In this document: in pieces, positions 29,752 through 40,774 of the stretch
Layout: each line of letters starts with the position of its first letter
Position numbering within the stretch: position 1 is the first letter of the stretch
Assembly: GCA_942491535.1 (NCBI GenBank)
Contig: CALOBV010000007.1
Span: 69,975 to 133,974, forward strand
Length of the DNA: 64,000 bases
DNA from: an uncultured Marinilabiliaceae bacterium
Lineage (GTDB): Bacteria > Bacteroidota > Bacteroidia > Bacteroidales > VadinHA17
Direction of reading: 5' to 3'
Notes under the pieces: generated by a model
The model's input: the letters and a program-made list of their open reading frames with translations, nothing else
Databases searched by the model: none
What the model was told of the DNA's origin: nothing
Made by a program: the position numbers and the translations under genes

Positions 29752-31734
29752 CTATTTTTTTTTAGGCTTATAGCCCTTTTGTTTTGCAGCTTCTTCCAGT
29801 CGCTTTTGAAATTTGGATTTACTTGGTGCCTTTTTCTTGTTTGCTTCAAGCTTACTCAGAACTGCATCTTCATCTATAAACCTTTTAGCAATCAGGTTCT
29901 GTCCAAAGGTTATAATATTAGCAAGAAAGTAATAATATGTCAATCCTGATGAGAAGTTATTCAAAATTAACATAAACATTACCGGCATCATATACATCAT
30001 TGCTTTCATACCCGGTACTCCCTCCTGCCCTGATTGCGGACTGTTAATCTTCATCGTAATTATCGTTGAAGCAGTCATTAATAGAGTAAAGAGACTAACA
30101 TGGTCTCCATACATAGGGATTGTAAATGGAAGGTTCAGTATTGAATCATATGTAGACAGGTCAGTAGCCCATAGGAAAGACTCCTGGCGAAGCTCAATTG
30201 AGGCTGGGAAAAATCTGAACATTGCAAACAGGATAGGCATCTGTAGGGCCATTGGCAGACAACCTCCCATCGGGCTGACACCAGCTTTTTTATAAAGATC
30301 CATCGTAGCCTGTTGCTTCTTCATTGCATCTTCCTTCTTAGGAAACTTTTTCCCTATCTCATCTACCAATGGCTTTAATACCTTCATCTTAGCCTGCGAC
30401 TGGTATGACTTGAAGGTAAGAGGGAAGAGCACAGTTTTAATTAAAACAGTAAGAATCAGTATAATCAGACCATAGTTTGTGAAATACTTACTCAGCCAGT
30501 TAAAAAGGTTCACGATTACATACTGATTAATCCACCTTATTATGCTTTTACCAAGCATTACCAATTCCTGCAATTCGTGGCCATACGACTGTAGGGTCTT
30601 AAAATGATTGGGGCCGATATAAATCTTCATATTATACGAAGACTCAGCGCTTGGATTAAATGGAACTCCCAGTTCGGCTGTGCAGTAACGAGTGTATTTA
30701 CTGTCTTCAGGGAGTTTAGTGTACTCAACTATACCATTACTAAAGGCACTTTCATTAATAAGAACTCTGGAGAAGAACTGATCTTTAAAACCGACCCACT
30801 CAATCCGGGTTGTAATATCTGCCACATCGGTATCTTTTTGTGACCTGTCTCTGAATCCGTCAACATCATCTCCAAGAGGTCTGTATTTTATATTTGAATA
30901 CATATCCTCATTTTGCCTGCCTTTCTCCTGTTGTTTAATATAGGTCTTCCAATCGAAGGAAAGTGGATTTATGTTTGTTGCTATCTTATCATTCATGCCA
31001 ACGAGAGAGACATCAAACTTGAGCATATAGGAGTCAGGGTCAAGAGTATATATATACTCGATATATGAATCATCGTCAAAAGGAAGTCTTAGTTTAACTG
31101 ATCCTGGCGTACTGCTTGCATCAACCAGTTCGGATTTATTTACAAAGTCAAAGAAGAGGTCATTGGTCTTAACCGGTACGTTATCAACTGTGAAGAATTT
31201 AAACCCAAAAACTGTCGAATCACCGTCTACGATTACGAGTGGTTTTCCATCGTAAGTTTTATATTTTAGTAACTCAGCCCTGTAAACCCTTCCTCCCCTG
31301 TTAGATATCTTAAGATCCAAATTACTGTTTTTCAGGGTAATAAAAGACAACTCCCTATTTTCTGAGCCAGGCAAATCTGCTGTACTCCCGGGTACTACTT
31401 CAGCTCTTACTTGCTGATTACCCATATTAGTCGCCTGTGAATTATTTTCAGTCTCGCTACCTGTTCCTGATATTGCAGTATCTGTTATTTCTGCAGGATT
31501 AATAGTAAGATTTATAGCATTAACCTTCTCAACAATGCTTGCTTCACCAGGCTTATATTGAAGTGCCTTAAGGTATTCACTCCTTGCATCTTCAATATTT
31601 CCGACTTCGTAGAGCGAATCGGCAACTGCAACTATCGAGTCGAATGATTTATCTCTTTTATGATTATTGAAAAGACTTGCACCTATAAATATTGCAAAAA
31701 TCAGGACCAGTCCCGTTATAGTATTCCTATCCAT
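29752..31734 (-). CDS. yidC: membrane protein insertase YidC (long Bacteroidota form)
   Basis: 660 aa. N-terminal TM, a large periplasmic domain, and a conserved C-terminal core (...MKVLKPLVDEIGKKF...GGCLPMALQMPILFAMF...) with a basic tail. Confidence 0.9.
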   Translation of the reverse strand: MDRNTITGLVLIFAIFIGASLFNNHKRDKSFDSIVAVADSLYEVGNIEDARSEYLKALQYKPGEASIVEKVNAINLTINPAEITDTAISGTGSETENNSQATNMGNQQVRAEVVPGSTADLPGSENRELSFITLKNSNLDLKISNRGGRVYRAELLKYKTYDGKPLVIVDGDSTVFGFKFFTVDNVPVKTNDLFFDFVNKSELVDASSTPGSVKLRLPFDDDSYIEYIYTLDPDSYMLKFDVSLVGMNDKIATNINPLSFDWKTYIKQQEKGRQNEDMYSNIKYRPLGDDVDGFRDRSQKDTDVADITTRIEWVGFKDQFFSRVLINESAFSNGIVEYTKLPEDSKYTRYCTAELGVPFNPSAESSYNMKIYIGPNHFKTLQSYGHELQELVMLGKSIIRWINQYVIVNLFNWLSKYFTNYGLIILILTVLIKTVLFPLTFKSYQSQAKMKVLKPLVDEIGKKFPKKEDAMKKQQATMDLYKKAGVSPMGGCLPMALQMPILFAMFRFFPASIELRQESFLWATDLSTYDSILNLPFTIPMYGDHVSLFTLLMTASTIITMKINSPQSGQEGVPGMKAMMYMMPVMFMLILNNFSSGLTYYYFLANIITFGQNLIAKRFIDEDAVLSKLEANKKKAPSKSKFQKRLEEAAKQKGYKPKKK

Positions 31735-31771
31735 TTATTTCAAATTATTTTTTACCATTCCTATTCTCTGG

Positions 31772-33376
31772 TTATTTCCAGCAGCATGCTTTCACAAATT
31801 CCTTAAACAGAGGATGTGGATTAATCACCGTGCTGCTATATTCAGGGTGAAACTGAACACCAACAAACCATCTATGTTCAGGAATTTCAATTATTTCAAC
31901 AAGGTTTGATTCAGGGTTATATCCGGTCGGGATCATACCTGCCTTTATAAATTCCTGAGTAAACTCATTATTAAATTCATACCTGTGTCGATGTCTTTCA
32001 ATTACATCGGTACTATTATATGCCTTGTAAACTCTTGAATCTTTGCTTATGGTACACTTATATCCTCCAAGCCTCATCGTACCTCCCTTATTGGTAATCT
32101 TCTTCTGTTCTTCCATTAAATCAATCACCGGGTACTTCGTATTTTCATTCATTTCAGTAGAATCTGCGCCTGCATAGTTCAATACATTTCGTGCAAATTC
32201 GATAACAGCACACTGCATGCCAAGGCAAATGCCAAAAAACGGAACATTATTTTCCCTTGCATACTTTGCTGCCAGAATTTTACCTTCAATGCCCCTCGAA
32301 CCAAAACCAGGTGCAACGAGGATCCCATCAAGATGCTCTAACTGAATAATGGCATTCTCTTCTATAATTTCTTCTGAATGAATTAGTTCCAGATCTACCT
32401 TACATTCATTTGCTGAGCCGGCATGGATAAATGATTCTGTAATAGATTTATATGCGTCTGGCAGCTCAACATATTTTCCTACAAGTCCTATCGTTACAGA
32501 TTTGCGTGGGTTCTTATGATTATGTAAAAAATCATTCCACTTGATCATTGCCGGTTCCTCTTTTAGATCAAGTTTCAACTTTTTAAGCACAATAACGTCC
32601 AGGTTTTCATCGCGCATTTTTAATGGAACCTCGTAAATAGTAGGAACGTCTACTGATTGCACTACGGCTTCCTTTTCTACGTTACAGAAGAGAGCAACTT
32701 TATCTTTTACTTCCTGGGAGAGTTCCATTTCAGTTCTGAGAACCAGGATATCAGGCTGAACCCCTGCTTCAAGGAGTGCCTTTACAGAGTGCTGTGTAGG
32801 TTTAGTCTTATGTTCGCCTGATGCAGACAGAAATGGAACGAGAGTAAGATGAATAACCAGACAATTATTTGGCCCCAGGTCCCACTTAAGCTGTCTGACA
32901 GCTTCAATATATGGCAAAGACTCAATATCGCCTACGGTACCACCTATTTCTGTTATTACAATCTCGAATTCGTCCTTCTTTGCAACTTCTTTTATACAGC
33001 GCTGTATTTCATCTGTAATATGAGGTATAACCTGGACTGTTTTACCCAGGTAATCACCTCTTCTCTCTTTCTCGATTACAGATTTATAGATTCTTCCTGT
33101 AGTAACGTTATTAGCCTGCGTGGTCGGCAAATTAAGAAATCTCTCATAATGTCCCAGGTCCAAATCCGTTTCTGCGCCATCAATTGTCACATAACACTCA
33201 CCATGTTCATAAGGATTGAGGGTACCGGGATCAACATTAATATAGGGATCCAGCTTTTGTATTGTTACCTTATACCCTCTTGCCTGCAATAATTTTGCCA
33301 GTGAGGAAGAGATAATACCTTTACCCAGAGAGGAGGTTACTCCTCCGGTTACAAAAATGTATTTTACTTCAGCCAA
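31772..33376 (-). CDS. pyrG: CTP synthase
   Basis: 534 aa. N-terminal [17 protein letters not shown] and glutaminase site GICLGMQ...HRHRYE. Confidence 0.97.
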   Translation of the reverse strand: MAEVKYIFVTGGVTSSLGKGIISSSLAKLLQARGYKVTIQKLDPYINVDPGTLNPYEHGECYVTIDGAETDLDLGHYERFLNLPTTQANNVTTGRIYKSVIEKERRGDYLGKTVQVIPHITDEIQRCIKEVAKKDEFEIVITEIGGTVGDIESLPYIEAVRQLKWDLGPNNCLVIHLTLVPFLSASGEHKTKPTQHSVKALLEAGVQPDILVLRTEMELSQEVKDKVALFCNVEKEAVVQSVDVPTIYEVPLKMRDENLDVIVLKKLKLDLKEEPAMIKWNDFLHNHKNPRKSVTIGLVGKYVELPDAYKSITESFIHAGSANECKVDLELIHSEEIIEENAIIQLEHLDGILVAPGFGSRGIEGKILAAKYARENNVPFFGICLGMQCAVIEFARNVLNYAGADSTEMNENTKYPVIDLMEEQKKITNKGGTMRLGGYKCTISKDSRVYKAYNSTDVIERHRHRYEFNNEFTQEFIKAGMIPTGYNPESNLVEIIEIPEHRWFVGVQFHPEYSSTVINPHPLFKEFVKACCWK

Positions 33377-33412
33377 AAAAAAATGTTTTTATATTATTAT
33401 TAGAGATATTCC

Positions 33413-35526
33413 TTAATCATCGAAGCCTGACTGATCTATCATTCTAACCTTCTCTTCAAGCATTTCTAAAGTTTTCTTTGCATCTTCAATTTTGCTTTCC
33501 ACTTCTTTTATCATCGGCTCTGCATTGCTGGATTTCGAAAAGAAACCTATATTATTTTCCCACAGCACGATATCACCTTCGAGTTGTTTTATTCTATTAA
33601 TAAAACGTTCTCTTTCAGTGCGAATCTTCCTCGATGTATTGGGGTTCTCAGCAAGATTATCAAGTTTAGTCTTATATTTTATTATAGCCTTTTGATCGTC
33701 GTCAATATTTAATTTATCAAACTGCTTATTCAATGCAGTGCGATAGCTAGCTGCAATTTCATCCTTCATTTTGAATGGAACAAATCCGATATTGTTCCAT
33801 TCTTCCTGTATATTTCTTAATTCTGCAACTGCATTTTCGAGGTCATCACCCGAATCGAAGGCAACGAGTCTCTTGATAATTTCCTCCTTTAGTTTCAGGT
33901 TTGTTTCGTAAGAATTATCGACATCTGAGAAATGCTCAGACTTGGCATCGAAGAAGGCATCACAAGCTTTTCTAAACCTCTTCCATATCTTATCAGAATT
34001 TTTCCGTGGAACAGTTCCAATCTCCTTCCATTGTTTCTGAAGAGTAATAAAAGCCTCGGTAGTTTCTTTCCAATCGGTACTATTCTTAAGTTCTTCAGCT
34101 TTTTCGCAAAGCTCTGTTTTAAGCTGCAGGTTCTGAAGCTGTTCTTCCTTATTTGAAGAATAAAATTTGCGTTTCTCCTGGAAGAAAATATCACAGGCTT
34201 CCCTGAACCTGGTATAGATTGAAGTATTGTATTTTTTTGGAGCAAAACCAATGGTTCTCCACACTCTTTGCAATTCAATAACCTCCCTGGCCCTGGTCTC
34301 CCATTCTTTAAAAGATTTGGGTACATTACTGTTAATATCCTCTATCTTCTCACATAGAGCCATCTTATTTTCAAGATTCTTTTTTTGATCTTCTTTCTGC
34401 CCCTCAAAGTATTCGTGGTGCCTCTTGTTAATTTTAGAAGTCGCTTCTTTAAACCTTTCCCACAGAGCATTTCTTTCTTCTCTTGGGACCGGCCCAATCT
34501 CCCTCCACCTCTGATGATATTCCTGGAGGGTTCTGAATGTAGCTACCGGGCTTTGGTCTTTAAGAAGCTCCTCGGCCTTATCACAGAGAGAGTAACCTTT
34601 AATTCATAGTTCTTTTTAAAATCAAGGTCGCGCAGTTCTTTATTAATCTTAATATAGTCATAAAATATTTCCACATTATGATTATATGTTTCCCACAGGT
34701 TCTTAAGTGAGCTCTGAGGTACTGCCCCAAGAGAATACCACTCATTCTGCAAATCCCTGAATTCCTGAAAAGTTTTATTGATAGATTCTTCCCTGTTCAC
34801 CAGGTCTTTTATCTTATCAATAATTTCATACTTCTTTTTAAGGTTTTCCTGTTTTTCTATTTCAAATTGCTTACTGTGCTCATTTTTCTTACCCCTGTAA
34901 TTTGCAAGAAGCCTTTTCATTATGCTTTCGTGCTCATCCCTGGGTGGTGTAAAATCCTCTTCTGATCCACCTTCCGATATAAACCTGGTCTTAATCTCAT
35001 CTACTTCAGCCTTATATTTCTTATAGAAGAGAACCTTTATTTTGTCAACATCCTCCCTGATTTCATTTGGAGGTCTGTTCTCAACAAGTAATTCAAGAGT
35101 TTCAACCAGATCAGCTCGAGATCTTTGTGAATAGTCTACTTCAGGAAGATCTTCAGCCGGTTCGGTGGCTACATTAAGCTCGACTATGGATTCAGATGGC
35201 TCTTCTTCAGTAATGTCTTCATTAGCGTCGCCTGCACTGTCTTCAGTACTTATATTACTAACAGTTTTGCCGGGTTTTGAAGATTCTGCTTTTTCTTTTA
35301 CGGCCTTATCTGGTTTTATTGAAGACTCCGGCTCAATCACCCTGGACTCTTTTTCAGAGTCTGACTTAGCTTCTGGCAGGCTACCATCTTTTTCAGGGGA
35401 TATTGGCTTATCCTTCTCTTTTTTTTCAGCCTGGATGCTCTTTTTTTCTTCCTTATTATCGATTCCAGCATCAGTTGGATCGAGCTGTTCATTTTGAACA
35501 GAGGCGTTCGGATTCTCGACAGTCAT
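33413..35526 (-). pseudogene. DUF349 repeat protein (about 704 aa) with frameshift in a CT/AG dinucleotide run
   Basis: ORFs 34543..35583 and 33413..34363 carry the same DUF349 repeats (W..IG.vP......lW.rF). Shifting frame at minus-strand ACTCTCTCTGTGAT (plus 34585-34592 = AGAGAGAG) restores ...ELKVTLCDKAEELLKDQSPVATFRTLQEYHQRWREIGPVPREERNALWERFKEA...MALCEKIED. The likely true start is the ATG at 35524-35526 (MTVENPN). Confidence 0.75.
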
Positions 35527-35758
35527 AATCAATCCTTTTAAGTTCAGCACATTATCAGAATAATATAAATTATATTCCGACACAATTCACGGCTACGAAA
35601 ATATCGAAATTATTAGAAAACTCAAAGATTATAGGGATTAATCAAACTGCCGTCTTTTGCTGGTTACCAATTAAGTATAGATATGAGCTGAATAATAAAA
35701 AATTAGTTATTAATTTCAAGGCTTATATTATTGTGGTTTTTTAATAAAAACAGATTCA

Positions 35759-36997
35759 ATGAAAATCATTGAAAGAGCCAGAGCAATTGGTCCTGCGGCC
35801 CTTGTTGCTGCAGCATTTATTGGACCGGGCACTATCACCACCTGTACCCTGGCCGGTGCAGGTTTTGGTTATACACTTCTATGGGCACTGCTTTTCTCAA
35901 TTATAGCAACAATGGTTCTCCAGGAAATGTCGGCTCGTCTTGGCCTGATTGGACAAATTGGCCTTGGTGAAGCACTACGAAAAGAATTCAAGACACCACT
36001 GGGTAAATTTATTACGGTCCTTCTGGTACTTATTGCTATAGCTCTTGGTAATGCAGCCTATGAAACTGGAAATATTTTAGGAGGAGCAATGGGGCTGGCA
36101 ACAATGACAGGTCGTGAATATATTAGCATTGGCAACCGGGATATTAATATATGGGGTCCGGTAATTGGCATTATTGCCTTTATTCTTTTATTCTCCGGAA
36201 GTTATAAAATAATTGAAAAGGGGCTGATAAGCCTGGTAATATTAATGAGTATTACATTTGTTACTACTGCCATACTGATTAAACCAGATATTTCTGCTGT
36301 GCTAAGAGGTGTTTTTATACCACATATTACTAAGGGATCGACACTTACAATAGTTGGTCTTATTGGAACAACGGTGGTTCCTTACAACCTGTTTCTTCAT
36401 GCTTCCCTGGTTAAGCAAAAATGGAAAGATACTACAATGATAGGAGCTGTCAGAACCGATAATCTTATCTCAATCGGTGCCGGCGGACTGATCTCAATGA
36501 CAGTAGTAATAACTGCTGCTGCTGCATTCTATGGCTCTGGTACAACGATTACAGGTGCATCTGATATGGCAGAACAGTTGGGTCCCCTGCTTGGAGGTGC
36601 TTCTTCATTTTTCCTGTCGCTGGGCTTGTTGTCTGCAGGTATTTCAAGTGCAATAACCGCGCCTCTTGCAGCTGCCTATGCAACTTCTGAGATCCTGGGC
36701 TGGAGTTCTGATATGAAATCGAGTAAATTCAGGTTAATATGGGTACTGGTATTATTAAGCGGCACCATATTCTCTGCAATAGGGTTCAAACCTGTAAGTG
36801 CGATATTTGTTGCTCAAATAGCAAATGGAATAATGCTTCCGTTTGTTGCAATTTTCCTACTTAAGGTTATGAATAATGGCAATATATTGGGCAAGATGAA
36901 AAATGGCTTAATAGCAAATACACTTGGCTCAATTGTAATTCTTGTTGCCCTGCTATTGGGAGTAAAGAGTATTATAACTGTATTCGGCATGATTTAA
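35759..36997 (+). CDS. NRAMP-family divalent metal transporter (YcsG-like context)
   Basis: 412 aa. Polytopic membrane protein with N-terminal GPAALVAAAFIGPGTITT and NRAMP-type helices. Immediately upstream of pxpABC. Confidence 0.8.
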   Translation: MKIIERARAIGPAALVAAAFIGPGTITTCTLAGAGFGYTLLWALLFSIIATMVLQEMSARLGLIGQIGLGEALRKEFKTPLGKFITVLLVLIAIALGNAAYETGNILGGAMGLATMTGREYISIGNRDINIWGPVIGIIAFILLFSGSYKIIEKGLISLVILMSITFVTTAILIKPDISAVLRGVFIPHITKGSTLTIVGLIGTTVVPYNLFLHASLVKQKWKDTTMIGAVRTDNLISIGAGGLISMTVVITAAAAFYGSGTTITGASDMAEQLGPLLGGASSFFLSLGLLSAGISSAITAPLAAAYATSEILGWSSDMKSSKFRLIWVLVLLSGTIFSAIGFKPVSAIFVAQIANGIMLPFVAIFLLKVMNNGNILGKMKNGLIANTLGSIVILVALLLGVKSIITVFGMI

Positions 36998-37007
36998 TAA
37001 TTATAAA

Positions 37008-37760
37008 ATGAAATACATAGACTTAAATGCTGACCTCGGTGAAGGTTGTGGTAACGACAGTGAAATACTGAAATATGTTAGTTCGGCTAATATTGCCTGC
37101 GGATTGCATGCCGGATCGCCGGGGATCATGAGAGATACTGTTAAGCTCTCCATAGAAAACGGTGTCTCTATCGGGGCCCATCCGGGTTATCCTGACCGCC
37201 CAGGTTTTGGCAGAAATAATATGAATTTTAACTACCACGAGTTAAAAGCTATACTTCTCTACCAGATAGGTGCTCTTGATGCCATAGTAAGATCAGAAGG
37301 AGCCAGACTAATTCATGTAAAGGCACATGGAGCACTTTATAATAGTGCGGCAAAAGATCCTGAAATAGCCAGGGCAGTTGTTCATGCAATAAAAGAAATC
37401 GACCCCGGACTAATTATTTTTGGTCCCTGTAGTTCGCAAATTGAGTTTGAATCAAAAAAAGAAAACATGGCCTTTTGCTCAGAGGTTTTTGCCGACCGTG
37501 CATATATGAACGATGGGGCCCTTGTACCAAGATCTCTTCCCGGGGCTATAATTAAGGATAAAGAATTATGCGCCAGCAGGACGCTCTCGATGATAAACGA
37601 CGGCTTTGTAATATCTCACAGCGGAGATACTGTAAAAATTGTTGCCGAAACAGTTTGCCTGCACGGAGATAATGACAAAGCCCTGGAATTTGCTAAACAT
37701 CTATATAACAGTCTGATAAACGACGGCATTAACATTGGTGTAAATAAGATAAAAGATTGA
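37008..37760 (+). CDS. pxpA: 5-oxoprolinase subunit A (LamB/YcsF family)
   Basis: 250 aa. IDLNADLGEG...ANIACGLHAG...GAHPGYPD motifs. Confidence 0.9.
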   Translation: MKYIDLNADLGEGCGNDSEILKYVSSANIACGLHAGSPGIMRDTVKLSIENGVSIGAHPGYPDRPGFGRNNMNFNYHELKAILLYQIGALDAIVRSEGARLIHVKAHGALYNSAAKDPEIARAVVHAIKEIDPGLIIFGPCSSQIEFESKKENMAFCSEVFADRAYMNDGALVPRSLPGAIIKDKELCASRTLSMINDGFVISHSGDTVKIVAETVCLHGDNDKALEFAKHLYNSLINDGINIGVNKIKD

Positions 37761-38503
37761 CCGAGCTAAAATTCATACCTGCTGGTAATTCTGCCCTGTT
37801 TTGCAGTATTGCAAAAGATATCAAACCTTCTGTTTCACAAAAGATTGTGACAATCCATAAGCTTATCGGTCAAAGCGGTATCAGGGGAGTAATAGAATCT
37901 GTACCTTCCTATACCGGCCTGATGATCTATTTTGACCCGCTTAAAATAGATTTTAAAGCGCTCGAAGAATTAGTTACAAAATTATACAATAAGGTTATTT
38001 CTGGTAATTCTAAAGTACTGAGCAGATTAATCAGAGTCCCGGTTTGTTACGAAAAAGAGTTTGGGCTGGATATAGAGATTGTGGCCAATCAATCAGGTTT
38101 AAGTAATGAAGAAGTTATCGAACTACACACCAGGCCTGAGTACCTGGTACATATGATCGGATTCACTCCCGGGTTTCCATATCTCGGAGGGCTCAGTAAA
38201 AAGCTTGAAACCCCTCGTAAGGCTGATCCACGCTTAAAAGTAAAGGCTGGCAGTGTTGGTATCGCAGGTATACAGACTGGTATATATCCAATAGAATCAC
38301 CTGGTGGGTGGCAAATAATTGGCAGAACACCTCTTGTTTTATTTAAGCCGGAAGCAAAAGAACCATTTCTCTTTAAAGCAGGTGATTACGTTATTTTCAA
38401 ATCTATTACGCTAACAGATTATTTTAATATTGGAGAAGCTGTCAGAAAAGGAATTTATAAACCTGAAATCTTGCTCGATTATGAAGGGAATCAGAATAGT
38501 TAA
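37757..38503 (+). CDS. pxpB: 5-oxoprolinase subunit B (KipI / allophanate hydrolase subunit 1 family)
   Basis: 248 aa with GFTPGFPYLGGL...AGSVGIAG motifs. 4-nt overlap with pxpA. The track start is non-ATG (TTG). Confidence 0.85.
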   Translation: MTELKFIPAGNSALFCSIAKDIKPSVSQKIVTIHKLIGQSGIRGVIESVPSYTGLMIYFDPLKIDFKALEELVTKLYNKVISGNSKVLSRLIRVPVCYEKEFGLDIEIVANQSGLSNEEVIELHTRPEYLVHMIGFTPGFPYLGGLSKKLETPRKADPRLKVKAGSVGIAGIQTGIYPIESPGGWQIIGRTPLVLFKPEAKEPFLFKAGDYVIFKSITLTDYFNIGEAVRKGIYKPEILLDYEGNQNS

Positions 38504-39458
38504 TCCGGGAATGCATTCCACTATCCAGGATAGTGGAAGAACAGGATTCAGGGAATATGGGCTGCCAGTTTCGGGGGTTATGGATATTAGATCATTCCAC
38601 CTTGCTAACTGGCTGGTTAGAAATGATAGGAATGAAGCATTAATAGAAACAACTTTCCCGGGTATTGTGATAGAGTTTCTCTCTACTACTATTTTCGCTA
38701 TTGCAGGAGGTGACATGTCACCGGAATTAAACGGGAAAAAAATACAGAACTGGAAATCATACAGGGCAAAATCTGGTATGCGCCTTGAATTAACCAGGCT
38801 GGGAAGCGGGTCAAGAGCATATATTAGTTTTTCAGGCGGATTCAGAATCGATCCTCAGCTTAATAGTATGTCGACCTATGTAAAAGGAAAACTTGGAGGA
38901 TATCGCGGAAGAGAACTCCGTAAGGATGACATTATTCCTCTATACCCATCAATACCATATTTATATAAGAGCCGAAAAGTACCTGATAGTATGATTCCGG
39001 AATATAAGACAGATGTGGATCTGAAAGTTGTTCCAGGAGTAAATTACGATTTATTCAGCCAGTATTCGATCGAAGAATTTCTAAAAGGAAAATTCACTGT
39101 TTCTAGCAGAAGTGACAGAATGGGACTGAGACTTGAAGGGAAAGAGATTATGCCCGAAACTGATAAACAAATACTTTCATACGGCATTCATCCCGGGACA
39201 ATCCAGGTTCCCGGCGATGGGAATCCAATTATTATGGGTATGGACTGCCAGACTATTGGAGGCTATCCTCAGATTGCAAACATAATAAGTACTGATTTAC
39301 CCAGGGTTGGGCAGCTTAAACCAGGTGATCAGATCAGTTTCAGAATGGTAACTCAGACAGAAGCTCTGGAGTTGCTGAAAATATATGATTTATCCAGTAA
39401 TAAATTATTTGGGATCTCCAGATCAGTTTGCACTGATTGCATTGAAAAACGCCGCTAA
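38481..39458 (+). CDS. pxpC: 5-oxoprolinase subunit C (KipA / allophanate hydrolase subunit 2 family)
   Basis: The track gives 38430. I prefer the ATG at 38481 (MKGIRIVNPGMHSTIQDSGR, the typical N-terminus). Also ...GTIQVPGDGNPIIMGMDCQTIGGYPQIA. Confidence 0.85.
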   Translation: MKGIRIVNPGMHSTIQDSGRTGFREYGLPVSGVMDIRSFHLANWLVRNDRNEALIETTFPGIVIEFLSTTIFAIAGGDMSPELNGKKIQNWKSYRAKSGMRLELTRLGSGSRAYISFSGGFRIDPQLNSMSTYVKGKLGGYRGRELRKDDIIPLYPSIPYLYKSRKVPDSMIPEYKTDVDLKVVPGVNYDLFSQYSIEEFLKGKFTVSSRSDRMGLRLEGKEIMPETDKQILSYGIHPGTIQVPGDGNPIIMGMDCQTIGGYPQIANIISTDLPRVGQLKPGDQISFRMVTQTEALELLKIYDLSSNKLFGISRSVCTDCIEKRR

Positions 39459-40772
39459 TTGTTTTTTAGCAGTTTATTCTTTTCGATCAGATATCTGAAA
39501 GGATAAATAATCCTTTCTATAAGACGCATATCCTGAGTGATGATCTCGGCTGTTCCAGACATATTCTGATTAAACTGCAGCTCTTTATCATAGTTTGTTA
39601 CAAGACCTCCTGGCAGGCTTACATCTACTACATAAACATCGTTGGTTGCAAGCTGTGAAATAGACTCCACAACGCCTTCTACAATTCCATACTCAAGGAA
39701 TGGATAAGCGCCGAGCTTTATCAGTACTTTCTGGCCGGCTTCAACTTCACCTGAGCGTCTCATAGAAAGTTCAACCTTGCCTATAATATGATTTTCTCCA
39801 TCGGGCACCACTGTCAGAACGATATCACCTTCCTGAACAAGCTGGTTTTTACCCCAGAAATTCGAAAATGTCACCCTGCCATCTATTGGTGATTTAATTA
39901 AATGCTTCATATACCAGAGTTCAAGTTCACCCTGAAGCTTTATACTCTCATTTTGAAAAAGGGTATAAAGTTTTCTTCTTTCCTCTTCTCTTGCTGCCTT
40001 AAAGTCCTCAAGGCTCTGGTACCTTGAAGCACGATCAATTAACCTTGATCTCCTATCCAGTCTAACCTGCTCTAAGAGGATCTTCTCATCATAGAATGAT
40101 CTTTTGGTATGTTCGAGTTCCTGCAATGACCTTACATCACTGGCGAATAGGGAGGAATCGCGTAAATATTCAGCCTCAACCAATTTTAGTTTTTCGATAT
40201 AAAGGGCTTCCTTATTCGCAAGTTGCTCCAGGTAATCATTGATGCCTGTAATTTCATCCTGGACTGCATTAATTTTCTTTCCGTAATAGTCGACTGTTAC
40301 ATGGTTGATATAGTTATCAAGACATGTTTTATAAAAAGAATAGTTTGCCCTTAGTTCACCCAGCTGAGGATTTTCAGGCCCGTGGCATTTCAGGACTCTC
40401 TTTATCCACCGAATTAATACCACCAATATTTTCTTCGAGCATATTACTTAACCATAGCACGCTTTCCAGATCGGCGGTAGTTTCGATTAATGCAAGATAT
40501 TCATCTTTATGTACCTGCTGGCCTTCTACCACGAACAAATTGTTAATCTGCCCTGAGATATGTGCCATCATAGAGGCCGGAGGATTGGAGGTGCTTATAA
40601 CTATTTTTCCACTTACAATATATGGATAACTTATTATCCAGGATGCAATCACAGCCATAACAAAAACAATTGCAACAGCACTTATCCCCCACCTCACAAC
40701 AGAGGAAGGCGGATTGCCAATAACTTCCTCTACCGGTGATGATTCTCTTATATCGTGTATTGCTTTGTTCAT
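39455..40772 (-). pseudogene. HlyD-family membrane-fusion protein (about 439 aa), frameshifted
   Basis: ORFs 40374..40772 (N-terminal TM plus lipoyl-like ...VSGKIVISTSNPPASMMAHISGQINNLFVVEGQQVHKDEYLALIE) and 39455..40426 (coiled coil plus beta-barrel) overlap in different frames. Both frames are open between about 40374 and 40445. A 3-nt gap separates it from the upstream ABC exporter gene. Confidence 0.75.
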
Positions 40773-40774
40773 AT

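Noticed and set aside
35584-35758. A metal (yybP-ykoY type) riboswitch upstream of the NRAMP gene.
   Set aside because: I found no conserved four-way-junction motifs or GC-rich paired segments. The region is plain AT-rich promoter DNA.
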